DNA of 64,000 nt from Calditrichia bacterium (lineage in GTDB: Bacteria > Calditrichota > Calditrichia > JAJRVZ01). Shown piece after piece: positions 11,098 to 24,641 of this stretch (position 1 is its first letter; each line of letters begins with the position of its first letter). A program made the position numbers and the translations under genes. The DNA lies in contig CAVZSQ010000013.1 in the NCBI GenBank assembly GCA_963777955.1, forward strand, positions 192,001 through 256,000, in the 5' to 3' direction. The notes below the pieces were generated by a model. The model was given only the letters and a program-made list of their open reading frames with translations, was not told where the DNA came from and did no database searches.

Positions 11098-11361
11098 CTA
11101 CTTTTTACGTTCAACAATCTCCACTAGGCGCCATCTTTTATTTCTGCTCAAAGGCCTGGTTTCCATGATTCTGACCAGATCCCCTTCCTGGCATTCATTC
11201 TTTCTCGTCATGAGCCATAAGTTTAGTGGTACGATTGATATATTTTTTATAGACCGGATGTTTGATACGGCGCTCCACCGAGACCGAAATCGTCTTATCC
11301 ATTTTATTACTCGTGACCAATCCGATTCTGTTCTTTGCGTATGGTCCGATCTTGTATCCAT
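11098..11361 (-). CDS. rpsQ: 30S ribosomal protein S17 (three compensating +1 insertions)
   Basis: C-terminus [16 protein letters not shown] in ORF frame; the middle [40 protein letters not shown] lies in another frame. Confidence 0.95.
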   Translation of the reverse strand: MDTRSDHTQRTESDWSRVIKWIRRFRSRWSAVSNIRSIKNISIVPLNLWLMTRKNECQEGDLVRIMETRPLSRNKRWRLVEIVERKK

Positions 11362-11364
11362 ATT

Positions 11365-11601
11365 TCACCTGTTCCTTTTATTTACCCTTGAGGCCTTGCG
11401 TATTTCGTTTTTATATTCTGCCAACAAGGTTTTCACCCTGGCAATGTCTCTGCGTACCGTGCGAATCCGCAGGGGATTTGTAATCTGATGCGTGGATTTC
11501 TGCAATTGTAGATTATTCAGTTCTTCCTGCAGTATACCCAATTTATTTTGCAACTGGTCCGGCGCCATACTCATAATTTCATCTTTGCTTTTCATAGCCA
11601 T
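11365..11601 (-). CDS. rpmC: 50S ribosomal protein L29
   Basis: [17 protein letters not shown]; position. Confidence 0.95.
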   Translation of the reverse strand: MAMKSKDEIMSMAPDQLQNKLGILQEELNNLQLQKSTHQITNPLRIRTVRRDIARVKTLLAEYKNEIRKASRVNKRNR

Positions 11602-12013
11602 TACCTTTCCCGTGCCACAAATTTTGTTTTAATCGGTAATTTAAAGGAAGCCAGGCGCATCGCTTCTTTGGCCAGATCTTCGGTTACCCCTTCAATTTCA
11701 AACATAACACGTCCTGCTTTTAACGACAGCCACCCAGAATTCAGGTGCACCTTTTCCTTTACCCATGCGGGTTTCGGCGGGTTTTTTAGTTACCGGTTTA
11801 TCCGGAAAGATGCGGATCCATACTTTGCCGCCTCTTTTTATATGACGGGTCATGGCAATACGCGACGCTTCTATCTGCCGGCTGGTTATCCAGGCGGATT
11901 CCATGGCTTTTAAGCCATAGTGTCCGAAGGCAACGATAATTACCTTTCTGTGCATACCCTTTCATATGCCCGCGTTGCTGCTTACGGTACTTGATTCTTT
12001 TTGGCATTAACAT
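11601..12013 (-). CDS. rplP: 50S ribosomal protein L16 (two apparent +1 frameshifts, ~11940 and ~11720)
   Basis: [15 protein letters not shown] | FGHYGLKA...WIRIFPDKP...RMGKGKG | GRVMFEIEG...KLPIKTKF in three frames. Confidence 0.95.
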
Positions 12014-12031
12014 ATCGGTTTACTCCACTCT

Positions 12032-12664
12032 TTACATTTTGCCGATCACTTCACCATTACAAATCCATACCTTTACACCGATGCAACCATAGGTGGTATG
12101 AGCGGTATAGCGGGCAAAATCTATATCTGCACGCAGGGTATGCAGTGGAATCCGTCCCTGTTTATATTCTTCTCTACGGGCCATTTCAGCGCCACCCAGT
12201 CGGCCGGAACATACAATTTTGATTCCTTCTGCACCCAGACGCATCGTTGAGGTTATCGCTTTCTTCATCGCCCGGCGGAAACTGATTTTTCCTTCCAACT
12301 GCTTGGCAATATTCTCAGCAACCAGATAGGCATCTAATTCCGGCCGTTTAATTTCGGAAATATTGATCTGTACATCTTTGCCGGAGATAGTCTTGAGTTC
12401 TTCACGCAGTTTGTCCACCTCGGAACCGCGTTTTCCGATAACCAGACCGGGCCGGGCCGTAAAGATGGTCAGAATAATTTTCTTGGCCGTCCGCTCGATG
12501 GCTATCTTCGATACCGCTGCACTTTCCAGACGACTGCGAACGTATTTACGTATGCGCAGATCTTCCTGCAGTTTATTGGCAAAATCTTTTTCATCAAACC
12601 AATTGCTGTTCCACGTTTTGATGATGCCCAGCCGTAAACCGATTGGATGCGTTTTTTGTCCCAA
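12032..12664 (-). CDS. rpsC: 30S ribosomal protein S3
   Basis: [12 protein letters not shown]...[16 protein letters not shown] start. Confidence 0.98.
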   Translation of the reverse strand: MGQKTHPIGLRLGIIKTWNSNWFDEKDFANKLQEDLRIRKYVRSRLESAAVSKIAIERTAKKIILTIFTARPGLVIGKRGSEVDKLREELKTISGKDVQINISEIKRPELDAYLVAENIAKQLEGKISFRRAMKKAITSTMRLGAEGIKIVCSGRLGGAEMARREEYKQGRIPLHTLRADIDFARYTAHTTYGCIGVKVWICNGEVIGKM

Positions 12665-12676
12665 AGTCTTGATCTC

Positions 12677-13021
12677 CTATTTACTATCTTCCAAGATAAT
12701 AGTTATGTGTGATGTTCGTTTTCTGATCCGGCCGGCCCGGCCCATCGACATCGGTCTGAATCGTTTCAATGTCGGACCGGCATTGACATAGGCCTGGGTG
12801 ACATAAATTTCATCCAGATTCAACTTTTTACCCTCTTCCAGATTTCCCAGATTCGCTACGGCGGAGCGGATTGCTTTTTCGATCGGCATTTTAGCGCTTT
12901 TAATGGTGAAGTGTAAAATATCCAGGGCCTGATCCACTCGCTGACCTCTGATCAAATCCAAAACGCGGTTAATTTTTTGCGAAGATACTCTGATATATTT
13001 TGATCTGGCTCTAGCCTGCAT
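12677..13021 (-). CDS. rplV: 50S ribosomal protein L22
   Basis: GPTLKRFRPMSMGRAGRIRKRTSHITI. Confidence 0.97.
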   Translation of the reverse strand: MQARARSKYIRVSSQKINRVLDLIRGQRVDQALDILHFTIKSAKMPIEKAIRSAVANLGNLEEGKKLNLDEIYVTQAYVNAGPTLKRFRPMSMGRAGRIRKRTSHITIILEDSK

Positions 13022-13038
13022 AATCGCTCTCCGTTTCC

Positions 13039-13326
13039 TTACTTTACCTGAGTCACTTTTTCTGCCAATCTACCGCTATGTCCGCGAAAAGTGCGCGTAG
13101 CGGCAAATTCACCCAGTTTGTGTCCTACCATATTTTCACTGATGTAGATAGGGATAAATTTTATACCATTATGTACAGCAACCGTATGTCCGACGAAATC
13201 AGGCGGTATGGTAGAACGTCGTGCCCAGGACTTTACCACCACTCTCTTGTTTTCTCTGTTTAATTTCTCGATTTTCTTGGCCAGATGCTCATCGACAAAC
13301 GGACCTTTTTTAATTGACCTTGCCAT
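13039..13326 (-). CDS. rpsS: 30S ribosomal protein S19
   Basis: [12 protein letters not shown]...[14 protein letters not shown]. Confidence 0.98.
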   Translation of the reverse strand: MARSIKKGPFVDEHLAKKIEKLNRENKRVVVKSWARRSTIPPDFVGHTVAVHNGIKFIPIYISENMVGHKLGEFAATRTFRGHSGRLAEKVTQVK

Positions 13327-13334
13327 TTTTTCTC

Positions 13335-14159
13335 CTATTTCCGTCTTTTCACAATAAGTGCACTAGATAACTTTCTCCTGTTGCGGGTTTTCAAACCTTT
13401 TGATTTCTGTCCCCAGGGAGAACAAGGATGCCTGCCACCGGATGATTTTCCTTCACCGCCGCCCATGGGATGATCGATCGGATTCATGGCCACACCGCGT
13501 ACATTAGGTTTGCGGCCCAGCCAGCGGGATCTGCCGGCCTTGCCGATAAAAATATTAAAATGATCTTGATTGGAAACCTGTCCAACCGTGGCATAACAAT
13601 TCAGAGGAACTTTGCGTACTTCGCCTGAAGGCAATTTCAACAGCGCATATTTTCCTTCCTTGGCCAGCAACTGCACGGCCGATCCGGCACTGCGCGCCAG
13701 TTGACCGCCTTTATTTTCACGCATTTCGACATTGTGCACCGATACGCCGATAGGGATCTTGTTCAGCGGCATGGCGTTGCCAACTTTCATTTCTGCTTTT
13801 TCGCCGGCAATCAGCGTGTCCCCGACCTTCAGTCCGTCAGGTGCCAGGATGTAACATTTTTCTCCGTCGCTGTAATGAAGCAGGGCAATGCGGGCAGTGC
13901 GGTTGGGATCATATTCAATCGAGGCAACTTTTGCCGGAATCTCGCGTTTGTTCCGTTTAAAATCGATCAGACGGTATTTGCGTTTATGTCCGCCGCCACG
14001 ATGCCAGGAAGTAACCCGGCCTAGATTATTGCGTCCACCCGAACGCTTTTTTCCCTTCACCAGCGATTTTTCAGGAGTGGTCGTGGTGATTTCGTCGAAA
14101 GTGCTGACCATCTTGAAACGTTGACCGGGTGTGGTTGGTTTAAATGTCTTGATACCCAT
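13335..14159 (-). CDS. rplB: 50S ribosomal protein L2
   Basis: [26 protein letters not shown]. Confidence 0.98.
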   Translation of the reverse strand: MGIKTFKPTTPGQRFKMVSTFDEITTTTPEKSLVKGKKRSGGRNNLGRVTSWHRGGGHKRKYRLIDFKRNKREIPAKVASIEYDPNRTARIALLHYSDGEKCYILAPDGLKVGDTLIAGEKAEMKVGNAMPLNKIPIGVSVHNVEMRENKGGQLARSAGSAVQLLAKEGKYALLKLPSGEVRKVPLNCYATVGQVSNQDHFNIFIGKAGRSRWLGRKPNVRGVAMNPIDHPMGGGEGKSSGGRHPCSPWGQKSKGLKTRNRRKLSSALIVKRRK

Positions 14160-14179
14160 ATAATCCTCGAATAACTCTC

Positions 14180-14479
14180 TTATGCGTTTTCAAATAATTC
14201 CAGTTTTTGGCCTGCAGCCAGAGTGACAATCGCTTTCTTCCAATCCGGCCGTTGTCCAAAAAAGCGGCCTGATTTTGTCAATTGCTGGCGAACTTTACCG
14301 ATAACATTCACAGTTTGAATACCGGTGACTTTCACATTGAATTTCCTCTCAATTTCCCGGCGGATTTCAATTTTATTGGCATCCCGGGCCACGGCAAAGG
14401 CATATTTGTTTTCACTCTCCTGCAACCGGGCAATTTTTTCCGTATATAACGGTTTAATCAGTATAAGTCGCTTGCTCAT
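14180..14479 (-). CDS. rplW: 50S ribosomal protein L23
   Basis: KPLYTEK...ANKIEI...WKKAIVTL. Confidence 0.97.
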   Translation of the reverse strand: MSKRLILIKPLYTEKIARLQESENKYAFAVARDANKIEIRREIERKFNVKVTGIQTVNVIGKVRQQLTKSGRFFGQRPDWKKAIVTLAAGQKLELFENA

Positions 14480-15105
14480 TTTCCCAGTACCTCATTTATT
14501 TTCTGCAAGGCGCTCTCCTGCACTATCAGTTTTTCAGCGTATAAGACATCATAGGTCGAAAAAGTGATTGAATCGCGAATAGCCACCTTGGGAATATTAC
14601 TGGCCGATAAATTGATATTTTTTTCATTTTTTGCTGTCAGCAGCAGAACCTTTTTATCGCTTAATTCAAGATTGCTCAGAAATTTCGTAAACGTGCTGGT
14701 TTTGGGTTTGCTGTAGGAAAAATCTTCCACCACCAGAATTCCATTTTCTTTGGCTTTATAACTTAAAGCTGATTTACGGGCTAACACTTTTACTTTTTTA
14801 TTGATCTCTACATGATAGGTATGTGGATGAGGACCGAAGATACGCCCGCCGCCGACATGATGCGGAGCACGGATACTACCCTGCCTGGCCCGTCCTGTAC
14901 CTTTCTGCCGGAAAGGCTTTCTTCCACCGCCGGAGACATAGGAACGTCCTTTAGTAGAATGAGTCCCCTGGCGCTGATTAGCCCGGATGGATCTTATATC
15001 CAGCCAGATAGCATGATCATGCGGTTCAATGGCAAATACCTTTTCGTCCAGTTCAATTTTCTTGCCGGTTTTTTTCCCGGCTTCGTTCAAAATATCAACT
15101 TTCAT
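14476..15105 (-). CDS. rplD: 50S ribosomal protein L4
   Basis: RQGTHSTKGR..VSGGGRKPFRQKGTGRARQGS. Confidence 0.98.
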   Translation of the reverse strand: MKVDILNEAGKKTGKKIELDEKVFAIEPHDHAIWLDIRSIRANQRQGTHSTKGRSYVSGGGRKPFRQKGTGRARQGSIRAPHHVGGGRIFGPHPHTYHVEINKKVKVLARKSALSYKAKENGILVVEDFSYSKPKTSTFTKFLSNLELSDKKVLLLTAKNEKNINLSASNIPKVAIRDSITFSTYDVLYAEKLIVQESALQKINEVLGK

Positions 15106-15126
15106 AACTTAACCTTTATGCTCTGC

Positions 15127-15747
15127 TTAAACCTTTATAATCTCCAGGATCGAATTAGGAGCTCCTGGTACGGGTCCTTTGACAAAAATTAAATTTTTCT
15201 CGGTGTCAATTTTCAATACCGAGGTCGTGGGAACCGTTACCTGGTCATTACCCATTCTGCCGGCCATTTTTAATCCTTTATATACACGGGATGGCCAGGA
15301 ACTCTGTCCCAGGGAACCCGGTGCCCGTTGCCGGTCAGACTGACCGTGGGTGATGCTGCCGCCGCCGAAATGATGGCGCTTAACCACCCCTTGAAATCCT
15401 TTGCCTTTCGAACGGCCGGTTATTACAATTTTATCTCCCACGGCGAAAATATCCACCTTCAATTCGTCGCCGACTTTCACTTCGCGGTCAGCGGATTTTT
15501 CGAACTCCCGCAAAAAGCGCAGCGTTTTGACCCTGGCTTTCTTACAATGACCCTGCCGCGGTTTGGTGCTGTGTTTTTCGGATACTTCCGCAAAACCAAG
15601 TTGAACAGCCTCATAACCATCATCCGCTTTGGTTTTTATCTGCGTGACATAGCAAGGACCTGCCGCGATGACAGTGACCGGAATAACTTTGCCGCTGTCA
15701 TCAAATAATTGGGTCATTCCTACTTTTTTACCTATCAATCCACTCAT
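15127..15747 (-). CDS. rplC: 50S ribosomal protein L3
   Basis: [28 protein letters not shown]. Confidence 0.98.
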   Translation of the reverse strand: MSGLIGKKVGMTQLFDDSGKVIPVTVIAAGPCYVTQIKTKADDGYEAVQLGFAEVSEKHSTKPRQGHCKKARVKTLRFLREFEKSADREVKVGDELKVDIFAVGDKIVITGRSKGKGFQGVVKRHHFGGGSITHGQSDRQRAPGSLGQSSWPSRVYKGLKMAGRMGNDQVTVPTTSVLKIDTEKNLIFVKGPVPGAPNSILEIIKV

Positions 15748-15765
15748 CTCTGGACTCCACCTCTA

Positions 15766-16074
15766 TCAGGTCTTGATCTCAATATCGACACCCGACGGAA
15801 GTTCCAATTTCATCAAGGCATCAATAGTTTTATTGGTTGCATTTAAGATATCGATCAGTCGCTTATGGATACGGGTTTCAAACTGCTCCCGCGATTTTTT
15901 ATCCACATGCGGCGAACGCAGTACGGTATAAACCGAATGCTTGGTCGGTATGGGAACCGGACCCGAGATAACCGCACCCGTCGCCCGTGCTGTCCGGATG
16001 ATCTTATCCGTCGATTTGTCAATCAGATTATGATCGTAGGCTTTCAAACGAATTCTGATATTTTGTCCTGCCAC
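15766..16074 (-). CDS. rpsJ: 30S ribosomal protein S10
   Basis: IRIRLKAYD...[19 protein letters not shown] start. Confidence 0.98.
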   Translation of the reverse strand: MAGQNIRIRLKAYDHNLIDKSTDKIIRTARATGAVISGPVPIPTKHSVYTVLRSPHVDKKSREQFETRIHKRLIDILNATNKTIDALMKLELPSGVDIEIKT

Positions 16075-16127
16075 CTGTTCACTCCATCCTATTTACAAAA
16101 TATTGAACATGCATATAAACCATGTAC

Positions 16128-17318
<1,191 letters not shown>

Positions 17319-17350
17319 GAGTACTCCTCCAGATCTTTGGAAAAGAAATT

Positions 17351-19429
17351 TTAACCTTTCATTTTTTCAACAACTTCACTCACCAGATTCTCTGGTAATG
17401 CTTCATAATGTGAAAATTGCATAGTGTAAATAGCTCGACCCTGGCTGGTGGAACGTAACTGGGTAGCATACCCGAACATTTCCGCCAGAGGTACCAGTGC
17501 ACTGATGACCTGGGCATCCTTGCGGGGAATTATCCCCGAAATTTTCCCACGCCGGGAATTCAAATTCCCGATAATATCACCGAGATACTCTTCCGGTGTT
17601 ACAACTTCAACACTCATCATCGGTTCCAGCAGGATTGGATTGGCCCGTTTACAGGCATCCTGCAAGGCTATCGACCCGGCAATTTTAAAGGCCAGATCGC
17701 TGGAATCGACATCGTGGTACGATCCATCTATCAATTTTACCTTGATATCACGCATTGGATATCCGGCACGAACTCCGCTGTTCATCGCCCCTTCGATTCC
17801 GTTCCGAACGGCCGGAATAAATTCACGGGGGATGGTACCACCAACGATACCATTTTCAAATTCAAAGCCCTTGCCGGTCTCATTTGGTCCTGCAATAATT
17901 TTAACATGACCGTACTGACCGCGTCCTCCGGATTGGCGAATAAACTTGCCTTCTGCTTCCACTGTTTTAGTGATGGTCTCTTTGTAAGCCACCTGGGGAC
18001 GGCCGACATTAGCTCCCACTTTGAACTCGCGCATCATGCGGTCGACGATGATATCCAGATGCAACTCGCCCATACCCCGGATGATGGTCTGGCCTGTTTC
18101 TTCATCGGTGCGTACCTGAAAAGTGGGATCTTCATCACTTAATTTAGCCAGGGCATCGGAGAGTTTATCCTGATCGGCTTTAGTTTTCGGCTCAATCGCC
18201 ACCGAGATCACCGGTTCGGGAAAATGCATGGATTCCAGTACAATGTGTTTATTCTCATCACACAGCGTATCACCGGTTTTGGTATGTTTCAGTCCAACCG
18301 CGGCCACGATATCGCCGGAACGAATCATCTCGATATCCAGGCGGCTGTTGGCGTGCATCTGCAGAATGCGTCCCAGCCTTTCTTTCTTTTCCGAATTCGG
18401 ATTATAAACATATGATCCGGCTTTTACCGTACCCGAATACACCCTGAAGAATGTAAGTTTTCCTACATAGGGATCAGTCATGATTTTGAAGGCCAAGGCC
18501 GAAAATGGTTCTGATTCCAAATGATTGCGGTAAATGATTTCACCACTGCGGGGATGATGTCCTTCGATCGGCTTCAAATCCTTCGGTGCCGGAAGATAGT
18601 CAATCACACTATCCAGTAAGGGTTGGATCCCTTTATTTTTAAAAGCCGAACCGCACAGAACGGGAGTAATCTTCACGTCCAGGGTGGCTTTTCTGATGGC
18701 ATTGAGCAGATCGGTCTCACCTATCTCTTTGCCGTCCAGATATTTTTCCATCAAATGGTCGTCATACTCGCTGACCGATTCGAATATTTCATTGCGATAT
18801 TTTTGCGCTTTTTCACGAAGGCCCTTGGGAATCTCACCTTCCTCGAACAGCGAGCCTAAAGAACTTTCATTATAAACTATCGTTTTCATTTTAATCAGAT
18901 CGATGATGCCGGTAAACAGATCTCCCTCACCCATGGGTATCTGCAGCGGCACCGGATGGGCACCAAGTCGTTTGCGGATCATGCTGATGACATTATAGAA
19001 ATCGGCACCGATACGATCCATTTTATTCACGAATGCAATGCGGGGGATATGGTACTTATCCGCCTGACGCCAGACTGTCTCCGATTGAGGCTCCACGCCG
19101 CCTACTGCACAGAATAACGCGATAGCACCGTCCAGCACCCGTAAGGATCTTTCCACTTCCACCGTAAAATCAACATGTCCGGGCGTATCGATTATATTGA
19201 TCGAATGATCTTTCCACTGAATCGTGGTAGCAGCACTGGTGATGGTGATGCCACGTTCCTTTTCCTGTTCCATCCAGTCCATAGTGGCAGCGCCGTCATG
19301 TACCTCACCCATCCGGTGCAGCCTTCCGCTATAATAGAGAATGCGCTCCGTGGTAGTGGTTTTTCCGGCATCAATATGAGCCATGATACCGATATTCCTG
19401 ATTCGCTCCAGTGGAAATTTGTCTGCCAT
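17351..19429 (-). CDS. fusA: Elongation factor G
   Basis: [30 protein letters not shown]. Confidence 0.98.
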   Translation of the reverse strand: MADKFPLERIRNIGIMAHIDAGKTTTTERILYYSGRLHRMGEVHDGAATMDWMEQEKERGITITSAATTIQWKDHSINIIDTPGHVDFTVEVERSLRVLDGAIALFCAVGGVEPQSETVWRQADKYHIPRIAFVNKMDRIGADFYNVISMIRKRLGAHPVPLQIPMGEGDLFTGIIDLIKMKTIVYNESSLGSLFEEGEIPKGLREKAQKYRNEIFESVSEYDDHLMEKYLDGKEIGETDLLNAIRKATLDVKITPVLCGSAFKNKGIQPLLDSVIDYLPAPKDLKPIEGHHPRSGEIIYRNHLESEPFSALAFKIMTDPYVGKLTFFRVYSGTVKAGSYVYNPNSEKKERLGRILQMHANSRLDIEMIRSGDIVAAVGLKHTKTGDTLCDENKHIVLESMHFPEPVISVAIEPKTKADQDKLSDALAKLSDEDPTFQVRTDEETGQTIIRGMGELHLDIIVDRMMREFKVGANVGRPQVAYKETITKTVEAEGKFIRQSGGRGQYGHVKIIAGPNETGKGFEFENGIVGGTIPREFIPAVRNGIEGAMNSGVRAGYPMRDIKVKLIDGSYHDVDSSDLAFKIAGSIALQDACKRANPILLEPMMSVEVVTPEEYLGDIIGNLNSRRGKISGIIPRKDAQVISALVPLAEMFGYATQLRSTSQGRAIYTMQFSHYEALPENLVSEVVEKMKG

Positions 19430-19439
19430 AACTAATTTA

Positions 19440-19910
19440 TTACCATCTGAAATGAGCAAAGGCTTTGTTAGCCTCAGCCATTTTATGTGTATCTTCCTTC
19501 TTTTTTATGGTCGAGCCATCATTGCTGGCTGCAGCCATGATTTCACCGGCCAGTTTTTCGGCCATGGTTTTTTCCCCTCGATCGTGGGCATAACTGACCA
19601 GCCAGCGTGTGGCTAAAGCACGACGGCGTTTATCCCGCACTTCAACCGGTACCTGGTAGGTGGCACCGCCCACCCGGCGGGATTTTACCTCCACGATCGG
19701 AGCGGCATTCTCCATGGCCTTGTAAAAAACATCCAGCGGACTCTTTTTGATTTTCGCTTCAATGATATCCATCGCTTTGTAAAAAATATGTTCAGCCGTA
19801 CTGCGCTTTCCGCGTCCCATCATACCGTTGATAAATTTAGCTACCAATTCACTTTTATATTTCGGATCAGCTAATATTCTTCGTTCCTGTGCTCTTCTTC
19901 TTCTAGGCAT
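19440..19910 (-). CDS. rpsG: 30S ribosomal protein S7
   Basis: [12 protein letters not shown]...[13 protein letters not shown]. Confidence 0.98.
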   Translation of the reverse strand: MPRRRRAQERRILADPKYKSELVAKFINGMMGRGKRSTAEHIFYKAMDIIEAKIKKSPLDVFYKAMENAAPIVEVKSRRVGGATYQVPVEVRDKRRRALATRWLVSYAHDRGEKTMAEKLAGEIMAAASNDGSTIKKKEDTHKMAEANKAFAHFRW

Positions 19911-19943
19911 ACTTTCTCCAACCCTTCACTAAGAGTTTCAAAT

Positions 19944-20315
19944 TTATTTCGGCCTTTTAGTACCGTACTTCGACCGGCCTTGTTTGCGATCACCGACACC
20001 ACTGGTATCCAGGGTTCCACGAATGATATGGTAGCGTACTCCGGGGAGATCCTTGACCCTGCCGCCGCGGATTAAAACGATGGAATGTTCCTGCAGATTG
20101 TGCCCCTCCCCGGGAATATAGGCTGTAACTTCCACACCGTGGGTCAAACGGACACGGGCAACTTTACGCAAGGCTGAATTAGGTTTCTTGGGAGTCGTGG
20201 TATATACACGAGTACATACTCCGCGCTTTTGCGGGCATGAAGCCAGAGCCGGAGCCTTGGTCTTTTTCAGTAAATTTTTTCTTCCGTGTCTGATTAACTG
20301 ATTGATTGTCGGCAC
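19944..20315 (-). CDS. rpsL: 30S ribosomal protein S12
   Basis: GTG-PTINQL...[11 protein letters not shown]...[10 protein letters not shown]. Confidence 0.98.
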   Translation of the reverse strand: MPTINQLIRHGRKNLLKKTKAPALASCPQKRGVCTRVYTTTPKKPNSALRKVARVRLTHGVEVTAYIPGEGHNLQEHSIVLIRGGRVKDLPGVRYHIIRGTLDTSGVGDRKQGRSKYGTKRPK

Positions 20316-20369
20316 ATTTTCCTCCAAAAAAATAAAAGCCTCGTAATTTAATAATCGGTAATTATCATA

Positions 20370-23300
20370 TCAAGAAGTTTCTTCCAACTTTCCCACAGCT
20401 GCCGGTACCAGATTACCTTCTTTCTCCCCTGCGACCGGTGTATCGACAACCAGGTTGGCATAACGGGCTAAACCTGTACCAGCCGGAATCAGATGACCCA
20501 TAATCACGTTCTCTTTCAGACCGATCAGACTATCTTCCTTCCCGGCTACTGCCGCATCGGTCAGCACCTTGGTGGTTTCCTGGAAAGAGGCCGCCGAAAT
20601 AAAACTATCCGTATTCAAGGCTGCCTGCGTAATACCCAGTAACACCGGTGTAAAGGAAGCGGGTTTGGCTTTTCTGAACTTGATCGGTTTTTTCTTATCA
20701 TTCTTCAGATCACGATTGATCAACTCGATGGTCTTCTTATCGGTTAAATCACTTTCACGGAACAAAGAATCGCCGGGATCGGTAACCACGACTTTCTCCA
20801 CAATCTTTTGATTTTCTTCGAAGAAATTGACTTTGTCGACCTGATCACCTTCCAGAAACATGCTGTCGCCGCCATCAATAATCTGCACTTTTTGCAGCAT
20901 CTGCCGGACGATAATCCCGATATGTTTATCATTAATCTTTACACCCTGCAGCCGGTATATTTCCTGGATTTCATTCACCAGATATTCCTGAACCTTACCG
21001 GGACCTTTAATGGTCAGAATGTCCTGCGGAGTTATTGATCCGTCGGTTAGGCGGTCGCCGGCGGCCACAAAATCATTTTCATGAACCAGGATATGCTTAC
21101 CATAAGGAATGGAGTAGTTTTTACTTTCCGAATCGCCCTGCACCATTATTTCACGCACCCCGCGTTTAATCGGACCGAATTTCACCACACCATCTATCTC
21201 TGTTACCACAGCCATTTCCTTCGGCCGGCGTGCTTCGAATAATTCAGCCACCCGCGGTAAACCGCCCGTAATATCCCTGGTCTTGCTGATTTCACGCGGT
21301 ATCTTTACCAGGGTCTCACCGGCATGAACCTTCTGGCGGTTGGAAACCAGCAGGAATGCTTTGACCGGGATGATGAATTTGCTCTTGTCGCCTGTTTCCC
21401 GGTTGGTGACATGGATATGCGGATTCAGATTCTTATTTTTTGATTCGACAACCACTCGTTGACGCAATCCGGTCTGTTCGTCCAGCTCCTCACGATAGGT
21501 CTGATTTTCTATAATATCTTCAAATTCGACCACACCATGACGATCGGCCAGGATCACTGAACTGTAAGGATCCCAATCGAACAAGGTTTGACCTTTTTTC
21601 ACATTTTCTTTTTCACCAACCCGCATAATCGCACCGTAAGGCACATTATAGGTGGCAATCACGCGGTTATTGTCGTCCAGAATTTCGATTTTCCCGCTGC
21701 GTCCGATGACCACATCGTTCTCATCCTTGTTGACGACAGTTTTTACGTTGAGATATTTTGCCTTGCCGTCATATTTGGTAGCGATATGTGACTCAGCGGC
21801 GATACGGGCTGCCGTACCACCAATATGGAATGTCCGTAAAGTCAACTGGGTTCCGGGTTCACCAATGCTCTGGGCCGCCATGACCCCCACGGCTTCGCCA
21901 ATTTCGACATATTTCCCCGTAGCCAGATTTCTGCCGTAGCAGGAAGAACAGACACCGCGTTTAGACTCGCAGGTCAGTTCGGTCCGTACCAGAACCGATT
22001 CAATAGCTGCAGAAGCCAGTTTAGGTGTAAGATCTTCCGTAATCAATTGACCGCGCTTGATAATCACTTCACCTGAATATGGATTGACCACATCTTCAGC
22101 GGCCACACGACCGACAATACGGTCTTCCAGCGGTTCGATAATCTCTTCGCCTTCTTTCAAGTCACTCATCTCAATACCGAGAATCGTTCCGCAATCGAAT
22201 TCAGAGATAATCACATCCTGGGCCACATCCACCAGGCGGCGGGTCAGATATCCGGCATCGGCTGTTTTTAAGGCTGTATCCGCCAGACCTTTTCTCGCTC
22301 CGTGGGTGGAAATAAAGTACTCAATCACCGAAAGACCTTCTAAAAAGTTAGCCGTAATCGGGTTTTCGATGATTTCACCGGTCTGACCGGACAGGGTCTT
22401 TTGCGGCTTAGCCATTAAACCGCGCATTCCGGCCAACTGCCTGATCTGTTCCTTGCTGCCGCGTGCACCCGAATCCGACATCATGAACAGAGGATTAAAA
22501 CCATAATTATGCTTGCTCAGCCGGCTGAACATGATTTCGGCAACTTCTCCCGTGACATGGGTCCAGATATCGATAATTTTATTATAGCGTTCACCGTCGG
22601 TGATGATACCGCGCAGGAACTGCCTGTGGATATTATCCACTTCGGATTGAGCCCGGTTGATCAGCACTTCTTTTTCGGGCGGAGATATAACATCGGCGAG
22701 ACTGATCGATACACCCGAACGCATGGCATAATAGAAACCCAAATCTTTCAGGTCATCCAGAAATTTTGCGGTAACCTTATTGCCATTACGCCGGTAACAT
22801 TCAGCAATAATTTCGGTTAAACTTTTTTTCGACAACAATTCATTTATAAAGCCCAGGTTAGCGGGCACAGACTGATTAAACAGGATCCGTCCGGAAGTGG
22901 TGTCCAGCATCTCGCCATCCACCCGTACCCTGATCCGGGCATGCAAACCCAGTTTATTATTATTATAAGCGACCATTACCTCGTCACGTGAGGCAAAGAG
23001 CATATTCTCTCCCAGATCGCCAGGTTTGACTTTGGTCAGATAATAACAGCCCAACACGATATCCTGACTCGGCACCACAATCGGTTTACCGTTGGCTGGT
23101 GACAGGATATTATGGCTGGAGAGCATCAGGATTTTGGTTTCGACCTGCGCTTCGTAGGAAAGCGGGATATGGACCGCCATCTGGTCACCATCGAAGTCAG
23201 CATTGAAAGCAGTACAGACCAGCGGATGAATACGAATGGCTTTACCTTCGATCAACACCGGTTGAAAGGCCTGTATCCCGAGCCGGTGCAGCGTAGGAGC

Positions 23301-24605
23301 ACGGTTTAACAGCACCGGATGGTCTTCGATAATCTCCTCCAGAATATCCCACACTTCGGCACCCCGTTTTTCGACCAGTTTCTTGGCGCTCTTCACGGTC
23401 TTGACATAATGCCTTTCAACCAGTTTCCGGATGATAAACGGTTTGAACAATTCGATAGCCATATCCTTGGGTATACCGCATTCATGCAATTTCAATTCCG
23501 GGCCGACCACAATTACGGACCTGCCGGAATAATCGACGCGTTTACCCAGCAGGTTCTGGCGGAAACGACCCTGCTTGCCTTTCAACATATCGGAAAGCGA
23601 TTTTAAAGGCCGATTTCCATCGGAGCGCATGGCCGTGGTGCGCTTAGAATTATCAAACAGCGAATCTACCGCTTCCTGTAACATGCGTTTTTCATTTCGT
23701 AAAATCACTTCGGGGGCACGGATTTCCAGAAGTTTTTTCAGGCGATTATTACGGATGATCACGCGGCGATACAGATCATTCAAATCACTGGTGGCGAAAC
23801 GCCCACCTTCCAGCGGAACCAGCGGACGCAATTCGGGGGGAATCACCGGTATCACATCCAGCACCATCCATTCCGGTTTATTACGGTATTCGGTATTGGC
23901 ATCGCGTACACGGAAAGCTTCGACAACTTTCAGCCGCTTTAACGCTTCGGTCTTCTTCTGAACCGAGGTTTCATTCCTCACCACGTTACGCAGTTCCAGG
24001 GAAAGTTCAATAATATTAATATAACTCAGCAGGGTGTGGATGGCTTCCCCTCCTATTTGAGCGATGAATTTATTCGTATCATCATCAGGAAGATCTTCAT
24101 TCCCGTCGCCATGCTCATCCAGTTGCTTAAAATACTCTTCTTCGGTGATCAGTTCTTTTTCTTTCAATCCGCTCTTGCCCGGGTTGATCACGACATATTG
24201 TTCGTAATAAATAATCTTTTCCAGGTCTTTGGGCGACATATCCAGCAGATAACCTATTTTTGTAGGCAGAGAACGGAAAAACCATATATGCACCACCGGT
24301 ACAGCCAGACTGATATGCCCCATCCGCTCGCGGCGAACTGATTTCTGGGTTACTTCGACTCCGCACCGATCGCAGATGATACCTTTATAACGGATGCGTT
24401 TATATTTTCCACAATGGCATTCCCAGTCTTTGACCGGTCCAAATATTTTTTCACAGAACAATCCATCTTTTTCAGGTTTGAAGGAACGATAGTTGATGGT
24501 CTCCGGTTTGGTTACCTCACCATGTGACTGCTCCAGGATATCATTAGGGGAAGCCAAACTTATGGTGATTTTACTGAAACGGTTTGGACCTTTTTTATAG
24601 TACAA
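20370..24605 (-). CDS. rpoC: RNA polymerase beta' subunit
   Basis: Zn finger CHCGKYK...CDRC; catalytic NADFDGD; TTG start. Confidence 0.99.
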   Translation of the reverse strand: MYYKKGPNRFSKITISLASPNDILEQSHGEVTKPETINYRSFKPEKDGLFCEKIFGPVKDWECHCGKYKRIRYKGIICDRCGVEVTQKSVRRERMGHISLAVPVVHIWFFRSLPTKIGYLLDMSPKDLEKIIYYEQYVVINPGKSGLKEKELITEEEYFKQLDEHGDGNEDLPDDDTNKFIAQIGGEAIHTLLSYINIIELSLELRNVVRNETSVQKKTEALKRLKVVEAFRVRDANTEYRNKPEWMVLDVIPVIPPELRPLVPLEGGRFATSDLNDLYRRVIIRNNRLKKLLEIRAPEVILRNEKRMLQEAVDSLFDNSKRTTAMRSDGNRPLKSLSDMLKGKQGRFRQNLLGKRVDYSGRSVIVVGPELKLHECGIPKDMAIELFKPFIIRKLVERHYVKTVKSAKKLVEKRGAEVWDILEEIIEDHPVLLNRAPTLHRLGIQAFQPVLIEGKAIRIHPLVCTAFNADFDGDQMAVHIPLSYEAQVETKILMLSSHNILSPANGKPIVVPSQDIVLGCYYLTKVKPGDLGENMLFASRDEVMVAYNNNKLGLHARIRVRVDGEMLDTTSGRILFNQSVPANLGFINELLSKKSLTEIIAECYRRNGNKVTAKFLDDLKDLGFYYAMRSGVSISLADVISPPEKEVLINRAQSEVDNIHRQFLRGIITDGERYNKIIDIWTHVTGEVAEIMFSRLSKHNYGFNPLFMMSDSGARGSKEQIRQLAGMRGLMAKPQKTLSGQTGEIIENPITANFLEGLSVIEYFISTHGARKGLADTALKTADAGYLTRRLVDVAQDVIISEFDCGTILGIEMSDLKEGEEIIEPLEDRIVGRVAAEDVVNPYSGEVIIKRGQLITEDLTPKLASAAIESVLVRTELTCESKRGVCSSCYGRNLATGKYVEIGEAVGVMAAQSIGEPGTQLTLRTFHIGGTAARIAAESHIATKYDGKAKYLNVKTVVNKDENDVVIGRSGKIEILDDNNRVIATYNVPYGAIMRVGEKENVKKGQTLFDWDPYSSVILADRHGVVEFEDIIENQTYREELDEQTGLRQRVVVESKNKNLNPHIHVTNRETGDKSKFIIPVKAFLLVSNRQKVHAGETLVKIPREISKTRDITGGLPRVAELFEARRPKEMAVVTEIDGVVKFGPIKRGVREIMVQGDSESKNYSIPYGKHILVHENDFVAAGDRLTDGSITPQDILTIKGPGKVQEYLVNEIQEIYRLQGVKINDKHIGIIVRQMLQKVQIIDGGDSMFLEGDQVDKVNFFEENQKIVEKVVVTDPGDSLFRESDLTDKKTIELINRDLKNDKKKPIKFRKAKPASFTPVLLGITQAALNTDSFISAASFQETTKVLTDAAVAGKEDSLIGLKENVIMGHLIPAGTGLARYANLVVDTPVAGEKEGNLVPAAVGKLEETS

Positions 24606-24641
24606 AGCTATCTTCTCCTGTGAATTAAATTGTTTATTGAT